Virus record (IMG/VR): IMGVR_UViG_3300031555_004710
Location: 160,001 to 224,000 of that record
Direction: 5' to 3' (one strand)
Source: a virus
Taxonomy: Duplodnaviria; Caudoviricetes
Length of the DNA: 64,000 nucleotides
Shown: in pieces, positions 1 to 12,000 of the stretch
Layout of the letters: every line of letters begins with the position of its first letter
How positions within the stretch are numbered: position 1 is the first letter of the stretch
Translations under genes and position numbers: made by a program
Notes under the pieces: model-generated
The model's database searches: none
What the model was told of the DNA's origin: nothing
Seen by the model: the letters and a program-made list of their open reading frames with translations, nothing else

Positions 1-326
1 TTTATAAAAATCTTGAATATCATACAAGATATAATTTATCATCTGTAAATGGAATAACCATTCCAGACCATTTAAAATTCTCAGTATTTGCAATAGGATA
101 CACATTCATTGAATGTATTTATCTTGAAATATTGTATAGACTTGCAAATATGGATGGTGAAGATGGTGAAGAAAAATTAGTTTCCGTAAACTTCAATGAT
201 AATATTGAAATTCACGGAATTATGAAAAATGGTACTGTAAATATTACAATGCGTCCTGGTATGAATGCAAAATTACTAATCAAATGCGATGAAGTTACTG
301 AGCATACAATGGGCGATGATGAATAA
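1..326 (+). CDS. hypothetical protein, 5'-partial
   Basis: The frame of ORF 132..326 is open back to position 3, so the gene begins upstream of the window. Confidence 0.7.
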   Translation, partial: YKNLEYHTRYNLSSVNGITIPDHLKFSVFAIGYTFIECIYLEILYRLANMDGEDGEEKLVSVNFNDNIEIHGIMKNGTVNITMRPGMNAKLLIKCDEVTEHTMGDDE

Positions 327-343
327 GAAAGGGATGATATATA

Positions 344-865
344 ATGACTTTTCACGATTTGAAGTTGCCTAAAGAACTTTCAAAGAAGAAAAAACTTGAA
401 TTATATAAATGCTGGATATTGACTCCTTTAACTAAGGAGTCAAGTCCTAGAAAACTCGAACTTGATTGGGTATATGACAGATATGGCTTATCCGAACAGT
501 CTGCAGTAACTCTGGCTATAAATGAGTATGGTGAAGACTTATTGAAGAATCCAGATAAAATATTTGATATACTTTCCCAGAAATGTTTCGTGATACTTAA
601 AGTAGTTTTATTGGCTGGTACTATGGATGAGGAAGTTATAATACCACCAGAGAATAATTCTGGTATTGACATGAGTCCAAATTATGACCCAATAAATGGC
701 TTATTGAATGTAACTGTTAGACATAGAACAGCAGATTTAGATTTAAAGAATTATACTCTTACAGATATTAAGTTAGAGCTTGATGAAAATACAAATCTCC
801 TAGCTGTAAAAGATATCTCATTACAGGAGCAAATTATAAATAAATCAATTACAGGTGGAAAATAA
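344..865 (+). CDS. hypothetical protein (173 aa)
   Basis: ORF with AAGGGA SD; no recognisable motif. Confidence 0.75.
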   Translation: MTFHDLKLPKELSKKKKLELYKCWILTPLTKESSPRKLELDWVYDRYGLSEQSAVTLAINEYGEDLLKNPDKIFDILSQKCFVILKVVLLAGTMDEEVIIPPENNSGIDMSPNYDPINGLLNVTVRHRTADLDLKNYTLTDIKLELDENTNLLAVKDISLQEQIINKSITGGK

Positions 866-871
866 TTTTAA

Positions 872-936
872 TAACTAAGAAAGTCTTATGATGATAGGTG
901 TGATAATCACCATTAACTCATAAGACTTTCTAGTTA
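872..936. terminator. long compound intergenic hairpin
   Basis: TAACTA-AGAAAGTCTTATGA ... TCATAAGACTTTC-TAGTTA inverted repeat with inner GGTG/CACC stem. Confidence 0.55.
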
Positions 937-1018
937 AAATTTTAATAGAAACTATAATTTTTCTTAAAATTTGTATGAACCACTGATATTATTTAAAAAT
1001 ATAAAGGAGGAGCTTATT

Positions 1019-2824
1019 TTGCTTAATTATATATCATTATATCCAAATCCTTATGAGAAAGAATTTAATGATCAAATAATTTTGGGAACTCATGACAATT
1101 CTATTGCTGATTACGTTATTATGGAAATGATGGAGTTAGAAGCTATAGAAAATATCCATATTGAAAAAGTTGAAGTTGTAATGAATCAAGATGATATTGA
1201 TATAAATAATCATATGGTTAATATCAACTATAAAAAGAAGGATATGAATAGCATTGAAATTCCAAAATCTAAATATATAAATGATGGTAGATATGGAGAA
1301 GTAAGATTTACTATAAGAGTATCTACCAATTTGAATAGTAAGACTATATTAAAGAGAATACTTATTCCTATTGAACATGAAGGATTTTATTATAATAGCG
1401 GTAAACGAATGAAAGCAATCTGGCAGATTGTCGATGAAGCAACTTATTCTCAACGAGGAAAAATAACTTTAAAGAGCAGAATGCCAGTCATAATTTACCA
1501 GAATAAGAAAAGACAGATTACCGATGTATTAGGTAATATATATAATACTCCATCATATTCATATGCACTTAATGGTAAACAGCGTAAAGGACCTGTAAAA
1601 TCAGCTAAGAAGCCTAAAGCTAAATTTATAAATCCTATTATGATTTACTCAGCTAAAATGGGATTTCAGAATACTTTAGAATTCTTTGGTATGCAAGGAA
1701 TAGTATATATTGAACCACAGTACACTGAAGATGAACTTGAGGATCTATATATCTTCCCACTCGACGATGTATTTATAAAAGTTCATAAAGACTTATTTGA
1801 TAAATACGATTTGGTTAAATCATTCGTATGCATGACATATAATCTAAAATCACCTAAAGATTTTAGAATTGATATGAATTACTTAGAAGATAGAAAATAT
1901 TGGGTTTGTAGAATAGGAATGGTTGGTGCTGCAAGAAATAAGAATCTTGATTCATTCTTAGAAAAAGGTACTACTAACTTATTAATGATTGAAAGATTGA
2001 TCAATTCGGTAACTCAGCAATCGCTAAGACTTCCAAATTACTATAAACAAAATATATATTATTTACTGTATTGGCTGATTACCAATTTCGATGAACTTCG
2101 TAAATATAGTAATACTGATATGAGAAGTAAACGTATAAGACGAAATGAATATATTGTAAATTCTTCCCTTGGAAGAAAGTTATCAGAAAATGTGAATAAA
2201 TTAATAGAACGAAAGAGTCGTTCTAAAATGAATAATATGGATACTTTATTAGAATTATTTAACTTTGGTTCTGATATCGTAGTTGCTGGGATGAGAAATC
2301 TTAATGACTTAATTAAGACTGATGATATTGTAAATGATATGGATTTTATACAATCATTAACCTTCTCTATGAAAGGTCCGAATAGTATCGGGGAAGGAAA
2401 TAGCAAGATGATAGCTGTTAAGTATAGATATCTTGACCCTAGCATGGTTGGTGTATTAGACTTAAATGTATCATCTAATAGTGACATTGGTATGTCGGGG
2501 TCATTTGTACCTTTCGTTAATCTATATGATGGATATTTCTTCACTCCAGAAAGACAACCATGTGAAAAGAGATTTCATTTTGAAAATGAATTACAAGCTG
2601 CAGGTTTGAGAGTATATCCTATCCCAATTAATACTTTCGAAGACTACTTAAAAGTATTAGAAGATGGTGATAAGTTTAAAGAACTTCTTAAGCCTGAGAA
2701 GATTGAAATCATTGAAAAGACAACTGAGGAAATCCGAATAAAAAGAAAGAAAACTGAGGTTCCTATTACACCAGAAGAACCTGATATAAATATTGAGGAG
2801 GGTGATACAAATGAGAGTAATTAA
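1019..2824 (+). CDS. non-virion RNA polymerase beta subunit, N-terminal part
   Basis: C-terminal GPNSIG..YRYLDPSMVGVLDLNVSSNSDIGMSG matches the beta fork region ([24 protein letters not shown]); TTG start at 1019 after AAGGAGG. Confidence 0.8.
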   Translation: MLNYISLYPNPYEKEFNDQIILGTHDNSIADYVIMEMMELEAIENIHIEKVEVVMNQDDIDINNHMVNINYKKKDMNSIEIPKSKYINDGRYGEVRFTIRVSTNLNSKTILKRILIPIEHEGFYYNSGKRMKAIWQIVDEATYSQRGKITLKSRMPVIIYQNKKRQITDVLGNIYNTPSYSYALNGKQRKGPVKSAKKPKAKFINPIMIYSAKMGFQNTLEFFGMQGIVYIEPQYTEDELEDLYIFPLDDVFIKVHKDLFDKYDLVKSFVCMTYNLKSPKDFRIDMNYLEDRKYWVCRIGMVGAARNKNLDSFLEKGTTNLLMIERLINSVTQQSLRLPNYYKQNIYYLLYWLITNFDELRKYSNTDMRSKRIRRNEYIVNSSLGRKLSENVNKLIERKSRSKMNNMDTLLELFNFGSDIVVAGMRNLNDLIKTDDIVNDMDFIQSLTFSMKGPNSIGEGNSKMIAVKYRYLDPSMVGVLDLNVSSNSDIGMSGSFVPFVNLYDGYFFTPERQPCEKRFHFENELQAAGLRVYPIPINTFEDYLKVLEDGDKFKELLKPEKIEIIEKTTEEIRIKRKKTEVPITPEEPDINIEEGDTNESN

Positions 2825-3698
2825 CATTGAAGGAATTGATGCAGTTGGAAAAGAAACTGTATCTAAAGCTTTAGAGGAAAGATTAAGCGAGAAAGGATAT
2901 CGTGTAAAGCGTATATCCTTCCCAAATTATGATGGTTCTATTGGTAAATCTATAAAAGAAATTCTGATGGGAGCATGCGGTAGTGCACCTTCATTAGACC
3001 CAGATTTAATGGGACCATTTTATACAATGGATAGATTATCTTATTTTAAATGTAATATAGATGACTTGATTGATAATTACGACTATGTAATTATGGACAG
3101 AAGTTTCTATTCTAATTTAATGTATCAAGCTGCTAAATTCTATATATCTGGAAAGAATAAACCAATACAAATTTCAGACGATATTACAAAATATGGAATG
3201 AATTCCAGTACTTTAACAACAGTATTTGATTGGATTTCACGAAATTATCAATGGGAAATACAAGAGACTGGATTATATCGTTGCGATAATATGTTTACCT
3301 TTGTATTATCCATGGATGAAGAAAGTAGTAAAAAGCAATTAAGTAATAGAAAAGAAGTAGATACTAACGAAACAAGTCGTTCATATTTAGAAGAATGCAA
3401 AGAATTTATTACTAAAATACTATCAAATGATTATCGATATAATATTATGAAATTTATTGATGAATACGCATTTGCAGTTAGACTTTGTAATAGAAGCAGA
3501 TATATTCAGCAATATATGCATAATGCTGCTTTTTATTATCTATCAAATGTGGACTCTATTGAAGTTAAACATGTCGAAAATCCTAAGGATATTCCATCAG
3601 CTACAAATGAAGTTGTTAATAAAATACTTGACATGATGTACGACAATGATATGTTTGATGATGATTATGAAGGAGATGATGCTAATGGCGAAAATTGA
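2811..3698 (+). CDS. tmk: thymidylate (dNMP) kinase family
   Basis: N-terminal INIEGIDAVGKET P-loop, FPNY, DR motif (IMDRSFYSN); ATG 2811 after GGAGG. Confidence 0.85.
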   Translation: MRVINIEGIDAVGKETVSKALEERLSEKGYRVKRISFPNYDGSIGKSIKEILMGACGSAPSLDPDLMGPFYTMDRLSYFKCNIDDLIDNYDYVIMDRSFYSNLMYQAAKFYISGKNKPIQISDDITKYGMNSSTLTTVFDWISRNYQWEIQETGLYRCDNMFTFVLSMDEESSKKQLSNRKEVDTNETSRSYLEECKEFITKILSNDYRYNIMKFIDEYAFAVRLCNRSRYIQQYMHNAAFYYLSNVDSIEVKHVENPKDIPSATNEVVNKILDMMYDNDMFDDDYEGDDANGEN

Positions 3699-5694
3699 TT
3701 TTAATGGACATCCTAAGAAAAGTAAAGAAGAGCTAGATAAATTATATCCTCCTGATTTACTTATTATTATAGAAGAAGTTTTATCTTCCAAGAAATCATT
3801 TCAGTTAATATTTCAAGATTTAATTGATATTATGAAATATGGATTTGAAGATGAGAATGTTAGAAGACGTCCAATATACTATAAATTCAAAAAGCGTGAA
3901 AAGAAACAGCATGTTATGCAACTAAATCATATGATATCTAATCTTATATTTTGGAATCCATTAATTGAAGTTGATAAAGTAGAATTATTGGATGAGAGTT
4001 GGATATTTGATTTTAGTAAATTTAATACAAATACTCTTATGGATTATATCAACACACGTTTACTTCCGGTATTTGATACAGACTTTGCTTCACAAAATGT
4101 AATGGTCGATGAAATTTATCATAATATAATTTCGATATCTCATGCATTTTGTCTATTGATGGGTATGGGAATTTCGTTATATGATTTACATCAATTAGAA
4201 TTGAGAGACCCTGAAATATCTCATATAATGAGAGATTCTGTAGACCAGTCTCTTGAACCACATGAAGTAGAAGAGCAATTAAATGATAGAAATAAACGAC
4301 TAATACAGAAATTGATCGAAGACCCTATTGGAAATGACTATAAACCATTCTTTGCTAGTGGTACTGGATTAAAGGCTGCACAGTTTAGGGAATATATTGT
4401 AAGAATTGGATTTAAAGCTGATATCAACGGTAATACCGTTCCTATTCTTATAGATAATAACTTCCTATTACATGGATTATCAAAGCCTTCATTCTTATAT
4501 CTAAATGCGATATCTGGTAGAAAGAGTTTGATATTATCTAAACTTTCAATGGGAGCTCCTGGTAGTTTCTCTAAGAAGCTCACGATGAATTCAATATCTT
4601 CTACTTTAAGAGAAGACTATGAAACATGTGATAGTATTCTTACAATTGATTACTATATTAAGACTAATGAGTTCTTAAAGTTATTGAATGGAAGATATTA
4701 TTATGATGCCAGAGGTAATATGCAGCTTCTTGATTATGATAAAGATAAACATTTAATAGGTAAAGTAGTTAGATTTAAAAGTCCAGCTACATGTAATAGT
4801 AAGAACGGTGTATGTAAACATTGTTATGGACACATGTTTGATATTAATAAGAGCTTGGCTAGTGCTGGTGCATATGCTTCATTGAAGATAAGTGAACCTA
4901 TAGGTCAGGCAGTATTATCATCAAAACATAGTCAGACAACTTCATCAAACGAGCTGAAGTTCAGTGAAGGATATGATGAAGTATTTGAAACTACATCCTC
5001 AATGGTTACACTTAGAGAAGATTCTGATTTAGATGCAGATGTTTATATCAGATTGAATAATGTGTCAGTAGAAGAAATGGATGACTCTGAATTCTATTAT
5101 GTTGAATCATTTGATTTAGTTGAAGCTAATGGTAATTTGATAAGACATATTGAGGAAGAAAATAAGGCTAAGTTCTACTTAAATGATGGATTAATCTCAT
5201 TATATAAACAGAAGTTGAAGATGAAAAATAGTGAACCAATATTCTCATTAGATGAAATTGATGACGAAACTTTATTCACTATAGAAGTAAAGAATAAAGA
5301 GTTAACTGAACCTTTAAAGATATTTACTAAAGTTCTTAATACACATGAGCATATGGGTGCAACTAATTTGTCTGATTTATGTCAAATCTTTGCAGAAAAA
5401 TTAATTCTTATGGGAATTAAATATGAATTAGTTCATGCGGAAATGATAATAAGATCATTAATTAGAAAGAAGAGTAATATATTAGAGTTCCCTGATTTTG
5501 GAATGGGTGGAAATCTAAATGATTATCAGATTCTTAAATTGGATGAAGCTCAATTATATAATCCTAGTGCACTGGTTAGTATGCCTTATGGATATCTAAG
5601 AAGACAGTTATTATCAACTGAATTATATGAGAAAACTCAAACTGGAGCATTGGATGCGTTGTATGTTTCTGATTTGAGTAAGTATATTGATTAA
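3685..5694 (+). CDS. non-virion RNA polymerase beta' subunit, C-terminal part
   Basis: Zn motif FKSPATC..GVCKHCYG, bridge-helix-like GRKSLI..PGSFSKKL, trigger loop SEPIGQAVLSSKH. Confidence 0.85.
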   Translation: MAKIDFNGHPKKSKEELDKLYPPDLLIIIEEVLSSKKSFQLIFQDLIDIMKYGFEDENVRRRPIYYKFKKREKKQHVMQLNHMISNLIFWNPLIEVDKVELLDESWIFDFSKFNTNTLMDYINTRLLPVFDTDFASQNVMVDEIYHNIISISHAFCLLMGMGISLYDLHQLELRDPEISHIMRDSVDQSLEPHEVEEQLNDRNKRLIQKLIEDPIGNDYKPFFASGTGLKAAQFREYIVRIGFKADINGNTVPILIDNNFLLHGLSKPSFLYLNAISGRKSLILSKLSMGAPGSFSKKLTMNSISSTLREDYETCDSILTIDYYIKTNEFLKLLNGRYYYDARGNMQLLDYDKDKHLIGKVVRFKSPATCNSKNGVCKHCYGHMFDINKSLASAGAYASLKISEPIGQAVLSSKHSQTTSSNELKFSEGYDEVFETTSSMVTLREDSDLDADVYIRLNNVSVEEMDDSEFYYVESFDLVEANGNLIRHIEEENKAKFYLNDGLISLYKQKLKMKNSEPIFSLDEIDDETLFTIEVKNKELTEPLKIFTKVLNTHEHMGATNLSDLCQIFAEKLILMGIKYELVHAEMIIRSLIRKKSNILEFPDFGMGGNLNDYQILKLDEAQLYNPSALVSMPYGYLRRQLLSTELYEKTQTGALDALYVSDLSKYID

Positions 5695-5696
5695 AA

Positions 5697-5727
5697 TAAA
5701 AGAGAACTCAATTGAGTTCTCTTTTTT
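5697..5727. terminator. intrinsic terminator (perfect palindrome plus T tract)
   Basis: AAAGAGAACTCAATTGAGTTCTCTTT followed by T run. Confidence 0.8.
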
Positions 5728-5738
5728 GTATCTTAAAA

Positions 5739-5750
5739 AACACCTCATTA
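5739..5750 (+). promoter_or_regulatory. late-type promoter AACA-N6-TA (representative; full list in findings)
   Basis: AACA CCTCAT TA upstream of 5790; the same motif precedes about 15 units in the correct orientation. Confidence 0.75.
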
Positions 5751-5789
5751 AATATTTACAAAAAAAAAACGAAATGAGGTTGATTATAA

Positions 5790-6458
5790 ATGAATAAATC
5801 ATATGCTGATGTATTAGAATCGTATTTAATTGCAGAAGAAGGTTTATTTAGTAAAATAAAGTCTGGTATAAATAAATTAGAAAAATGGGATCGAAAGAAA
5901 AATCCACAAAAATATGCTGCAATAGATAAGAGAAAAGCTGATAAAGAAAAAGCTAGAAAAGCTACTGATTCTACAAAAGATAATTCTAATAACTATTATA
6001 AATTTAATATCAATGCAGAAAAAGCATTAGACGATTCAAAATTAAATCTAACACCATATCCTGAGGGTAAATGGGAAGATCAAGATGATTTATTTAATGC
6101 AATTGAAAGGGATTTAAAATTAGCATTACCGAAGATACTTTCTTGTAAAGAAGTAATTGAAAATGTTAATAAATTCTGTGAAGAATATAATAAAACTCCA
6201 AAAGATGAGTTAGAAGATAGATTTTTTATGGAAGATTTTCCATCTAAAATGTCATTAAGTTGGTTTAAGTCACAATTTTGTGTTGATTCTGAAGGAGATT
6301 ATTTTATGATATGTGAAGGAGACCAATGCTTTAGAAGTTCATATGGTATAGAAATCGTAGATATAATGGCAAAATATATTAAAAAGAAATATTCTAATTA
6401 TAATCTCCATGTTGGAACTGGAGATGGTGATGAAGGATGCGTTTATCCTTTTGATTAA
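5790..6458 (+). CDS. putative virion head protein with N-terminal propeptide
   Basis: Late promoter; N-terminus SYADVLESYLIAEE resembles that of 53464..53937; A-x-E cleavage-like motif. Confidence 0.5.
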   Translation: MNKSYADVLESYLIAEEGLFSKIKSGINKLEKWDRKKNPQKYAAIDKRKADKEKARKATDSTKDNSNNYYKFNINAEKALDDSKLNLTPYPEGKWEDQDDLFNAIERDLKLALPKILSCKEVIENVNKFCEEYNKTPKDELEDRFFMEDFPSKMSLSWFKSQFCVDSEGDYFMICEGDQCFRSSYGIEIVDIMAKYIKKKYSNYNLHVGTGDGDEGCVYPFD

Positions 6459-6507
6459 TGAACTTAAATAAGAGTACTCATTGAGTACTCTTATTTTTTT
6501 ATATTTT

Positions 6508-8823
6508 TTATTTGGCTATAGCTTCAAGTTTAGCTATTATTCCATCCATTCCTGCAAATGCTTGGTCTAATGTAGCTAAATCATTAGCTGCCTCAACGTA
6601 TAACGCATGTGTTTCTGCAGTTTGAGATAAATCTACTTCAGAAGGAATTGCAGAGCTAATCTGTACAATTTCTTCTTCTACTGTAGCATATTCTTCTTTA
6701 GTTACAGCATCTGTGATGCCATATCCAGCAAGTGTTGTTGGAGTATTTGTAACATTATTCCAATTCAATTCGGATACTGCAAATTCTTTAAATGCTTTAG
6801 ATACATTTAGTGACAATGTTGCAGTTGCAGTTATACCTCTGTAATTACCACTTATTAATCTATATCCAACTGCTACGTATTTTTTATTATCATAGCATAT
6901 TGATGACCAGAATGTGTTAACATCTGTAATTGAATCCTCATTCCATGTTTTACCATCTATTGAGTATAAAAATTTATTTGAAGAGCTTGATATTATTACA
7001 CATAATCCATTTGCATAACATCCTGTTCTCCAGTAGTTTTCTTCTATATTAGATGCTTGGATGATATCCCATTCAATACCATCTGTTGAACTTGCAAAAG
7101 TATTTCCAAAACTAGGTATTAGAATAAATTTATCATTTGCAAAAAATACACTACCCCATTCAGTAATACTATCAATAGTAAAAGGATTTGCCCAAGTTTT
7201 AGCATCAGTAGAATATGTTATTGTATATGCTTCATTTGTCATGTCATAACCAACAGCTACAAACTTACCATTTCCATAACATATAGACAGTAACTCATCT
7301 TCGGTATCTGTATTAGTATTAGCCTCGATAAATTTCCAATTTACCCCATCTGATGAAGTTCCAATAAGTGATTTATAATTATCTACATGTCTTCCAGCTA
7401 CAACATATTCACCATTGCCATAACATATTGATGTTAATACATGCGAATATCCAGTAACAGTCCAATCGATACCATTTTTAGAGAATGCGATAGTCCCATT
7501 TCCTGATACAGCAACGAATTTACCATTACCATAGCATATAGAATTCCAATATTTAATACCACTAGAACCAACTTTTCGTTCTGTCCAATTAATACCATCT
7601 TCAGAATATGCAAATATATCACTAGCATGTGCAATAGCTACAAATTTACCATTACCATAACATACGGATTTCCATTCTCTAACAGTGGTTATCTCAGGAT
7701 CTTTAACAGACCAATCGTTAATAATTCCCTCTGAACCAAGATATTCATCATTAGTTACAAAATACCATTCCACGCCATTGTCAGTTTCAAGACAAATTGT
7801 ATCTCCATTATGAACAGGATTCTTTTTCAATGAATATAACTCTTCTTTACTATTGAGTACATATACTCTTTCTTTCACATCATAAGGAAGAGCATCTAAA
7901 GGAATATCTCCATTAACGTTTGATATATCAACAATTACATTGTTATCTAAATTATGAATATGGTCATTATCAGCTTTAGAATCCCACTCAAGCTGTTTTA
8001 CTTTAGTTGGATGAATTAATGAATCATTTGAATGTGATTCAAGTGAAGTTTTTAACTCTGAAGTTGTATTTGATAGATTTTCTATTTTACCACTTTCTGA
8101 TAAGACTATTTGATCTATTTTATCTTCCAATGAAGATTGCATAATATTTACAGAATTCTGCAAATCTTCTTTAGATGCACTATTATTCCAGTTATTCTTT
8201 TCATCTGGAGTGACATGAATAGTATTATCGGCAATATGAACATCTATAGCATTTATAGAACCTGAAGATATTGATGCAACAGTATCTTCAATATATTTGA
8301 AGATATCTGTTTTTTTTCCTTGTGGGTCGTAGATGTCAGTTATCATTGACCCTTCTGGAATAATACTTTCCCAGTTACTATTTATATAAATTTTTAATGT
8401 TGGAAAATTAGGATTAGATGTATCCATCCAAACAGTCTTACCATCTATAGGTGATATAGGTGCAGATGGACCGGGATTAATGGAACCTTCCGATTGGTCA
8501 ATACTCCAATTTCCATATTCAGACTCACTATTTTCACTTACTCTAACATAAGATTTATTTAGTGCAGTAATAAACTGATATAAATTATCACCCATAAGTA
8601 CAATAGATATATTTATAGGAGATATATTTACTTCTCCAAAATCAGGACCATTAATAAAATGTGAGGTTGTATAGTTTCCAGGATTTTTAAGAAGATTTAA
8701 ATTTGTAGGATTCGATACAGAAGATTCTATTCTAATCCATCCATTATTTACAACTCTTATATTTCGACCTTTTTCAAGAGCCAAATCAATTTGTTCACCG
8801 GTATATTTAGTAGGCCAACCCAT
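6508..8823 (-). CDS. tail-fibre-like virion protein with beta-propeller repeat block
   Basis: H..D..IHVT..EK..WN and TPTTLAGYGITDA fibre motifs; about 7 W.SICYGNGKFVA..YS.DG.NW repeats; late promoter at 8874-8885 (-). Confidence 0.65.
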   Translation of the reverse strand: MGWPTKYTGEQIDLALEKGRNIRVVNNGWIRIESSVSNPTNLNLLKNPGNYTTSHFINGPDFGEVNISPINISIVLMGDNLYQFITALNKSYVRVSENSESEYGNWSIDQSEGSINPGPSAPISPIDGKTVWMDTSNPNFPTLKIYINSNWESIIPEGSMITDIYDPQGKKTDIFKYIEDTVASISSGSINAIDVHIADNTIHVTPDEKNNWNNSASKEDLQNSVNIMQSSLEDKIDQIVLSESGKIENLSNTTSELKTSLESHSNDSLIHPTKVKQLEWDSKADNDHIHNLDNNVIVDISNVNGDIPLDALPYDVKERVYVLNSKEELYSLKKNPVHNGDTICLETDNGVEWYFVTNDEYLGSEGIINDWSVKDPEITTVREWKSVCYGNGKFVAIAHASDIFAYSEDGINWTERKVGSSGIKYWNSICYGNGKFVAVSGNGTIAFSKNGIDWTVTGYSHVLTSICYGNGEYVVAGRHVDNYKSLIGTSSDGVNWKFIEANTNTDTEDELLSICYGNGKFVAVGYDMTNEAYTITYSTDAKTWANPFTIDSITEWGSVFFANDKFILIPSFGNTFASSTDGIEWDIIQASNIEENYWRTGCYANGLCVIISSSSNKFLYSIDGKTWNEDSITDVNTFWSSICYDNKKYVAVGYRLISGNYRGITATATLSLNVSKAFKEFAVSELNWNNVTNTPTTLAGYGITDAVTKEEYATVEEEIVQISSAIPSEVDLSQTAETHALYVEAANDLATLDQAFAGMDGIIAKLEAIAK

Positions 8824-9014
8824 TTAGGTCACATCCTTTCTTAATATTTATAGGCTTCCTATTTTACATGATTTACGAATTTGTTTTGAGGGTATTTGTA
8901 CATAAATATGATAATATTACTTAGTATTTTACATAAAATTAGCAATATATGGATTTTAACAATTCCTTAATTCGTATACATAATGTATTAATAAATGAAA
9001 GGGGTTGACCTTTT

Positions 9015-12000
9015 ATGGCTACATATCTTGAAAAAATCGCAGCTGCTCAAAAGGGAATTGATTCCACTTATGGGCTTCTTAATATTTATAAAAATTCAAG
9101 ATCTAATAATGGATGGATTGGTACTAACCCATCTGATATAAATTTAAGTAAGTTTAATACTTACTTTAGCGAAAATAATATCGTTAAATTAAATGATTCG
9201 ATAGATGCAACCCTATTTGATATCCCTATGAGTACTATGGGTTATGATAAGTACGGAAACTTTGGTGCAGGTATTCCTAGCGATATTGGATTTACTAGAA
9301 ATGTAGAGCAAAATGAGTATGGTAGTTATATTCCACATCCTCCATTATATAAAATAATAAATGGGGATACTATTGAAGCTTATGCAAGTAATAATGCGGA
9401 TATAAATATAGGTGGTAAAGTCAAATACCGCATTGTAGATAATGGAATTGAAGTATTTCCAAATGGTTCAAGTGAATCATTTATTTCTGCACCAGATAGT
9501 GAATATTTTGATCCAGAATATATTTTCCCAATAGTTCCTGTAGATGATAGTAACCATCTACATATGCTTTATGCTTTCGTATCAATAAATTATCAAAACG
9601 GTGGAATAATGTTATTTGTTACACCAAATTTTATAACTTGGAATACTCATTGTATTCTATCTCCAGATGCTGATTGGCATGAAACATGGCATAGGATATT
9701 TGATCATAATGAGGATAATATGTCACTTATTCGTAGTTCAGAAAATATTTCTATTGTAGAAAATATAATATCTAAATATTTTAGAGTGCTTCCTAATAAT
9801 AATTATCTTATTATGAGACCAGAGGATATTTCTAATGCAGCTGGTAATAATTTCCCAATGGTTAAAATGTATTCTTTATGGAATAAAGATCCATTATTAA
9901 TAATTATGAATCCATATAATTTTGATTATGATAATATCGAAGGATATTTAAATGTTATATACAATGGATTCTCATCATTTATGACAGAAAATGGAGAAAT
10001 TGTATTATATTATAATAATTCTGGATATACTCCATTAGTTCTGTATAATGGTAGAACAATGGGCACATTTACAGGAGAAGTTTCTGATAATTATAGACAT
10101 GAAATCATTGAATCTCCAAAAGTTGCAAAGATATATGATATGCAGATTGATAAAACTGCGCCATATACAAAAACCGTTGATAATATGGCAATGGATTGTG
10201 CTGTAAGTATACTGGAAAGTAAAAATAAAAAATTAACAAATGATGATATTCCCGCAGCATCAGTACAACTTGCACTGGGCGATATTGGTAGACCTTATAT
10301 CGATAACATGTTAGATGAAATATCTTTACATGTAGATAAATCAATAGATATGATGAATAATATCGATGTTGATTTTAGCGATTATATTTATGCTAAAAAT
10401 AATAACGGTCAAGATTATTTAGAAAAAGATTCTGATTTGCAGAATAATGATATCCAATTGATGGATTGTAATACGAAAAATGGAGAAATTATAGAAACTC
10501 TTGTTACTAATATATGCTATGGTAATGGTAAATATATTATTTTTAATGATGATGGAACTATCATATATTCAAATGATGGTATTGTTTGGGAGTATAATTA
10601 TTCTCCTTATTATTATTCATCATTTTATAATTTTGGATGTTATGGGGATAATAAATTTATTACTATCGGAAATACCGAATCAGGCTCATTTACTGACGGG
10701 GAATTAACTTTTAACTATTCTACTGATGGTATTGAGTGGACAAATATATCTGTATCGAATATTGATACTAGTAAGCATTATATTTGCTCATTGTGCTATG
10801 GTAATGGTAAATTTGTAGCAATTAAATCTTATTCATCTATAATATATTCAAATGATGGTTTTGTATGGAATGAAGTTGATATTAGCAATTTTAATAAAAA
10901 CTGGTATGATGTATGCTATGGTGACGGTAAGTTTGTAGCAATCGCTGCTGATACTGCAGAAATAATTACTTTCATATATTCTATTGATGGTATTAATTGG
11001 ACAGAATGTATAGCTAGCGGCATGGATTTAGCTTGGTATTCAATATGTTACGGTAATGGTAAATTTGTTGCAGTTGGTAGCAATGTACCATATGCGGATA
11101 CTCCAGTAGTAGCACATTCAACTAACGGTGTTGATTGGACTGTGGAATATATTGATCCATATAAATACTATGATTTTTCAGATGGTGGATACTCATATTA
11201 TGATCGTATACGTTATGGTAATGGAAAATACATTGTTATTGATGGTAGCTGTAATGTTATTTATTCTACTAATGCTATTGACTGGATATATATAGATAAT
11301 ATAGAAGATAATTATAATGAAATACCCAATATTGGTTATGGAAATGGTAAATTTATACTAACCACATATAGTACTATTAAATATTTAGATTCCATTGACT
11401 TTTCAATTCATTCTAATATCTCAAATAATAATAAATTAACTATTCTTTCTGACCCTTCATTATATAATAGTAATGTAAGATATCGTTCTTCGATAATTGG
11501 AAATACTTTAGAAACCGGGATTAATATAAATAATATTGATACATGGGTTGAAAGTAATATAAGTGATACAACTAGAATGTGGACCTCAGTATGTTATGGT
11601 GATGGTAAATTTATAGCATTTGGAATTGACAACGTATCTGCTTATTCTATAGATGGTATTAATTGGACTGAAGTTACAGTAAGTGATATTAGTAGAGATT
11701 GGGAATCGGTATGTTATGGCGATGGTAAATTTGTAGCTATTTCTTGCGATGACAATATATTTGCTTATTCTACAGATGGTATTAATTGGACAGAAGGTAC
11801 TATAAGTGATAATTATAGATACTGGGAATCGGTATGTTATGGTAATGGTAAATTTGTAGCGGTTACAGCTTATGATGGTGACAACGTATCTGCTTACTCT
11901 ACAGATGGTATTAATTGGATAGAATGTGCTATAAGTGATAATTATAGATCTTGGGCTTCTGTATGTTATGGTGATGGTAAATTCGTAGCAGTAGGATATG

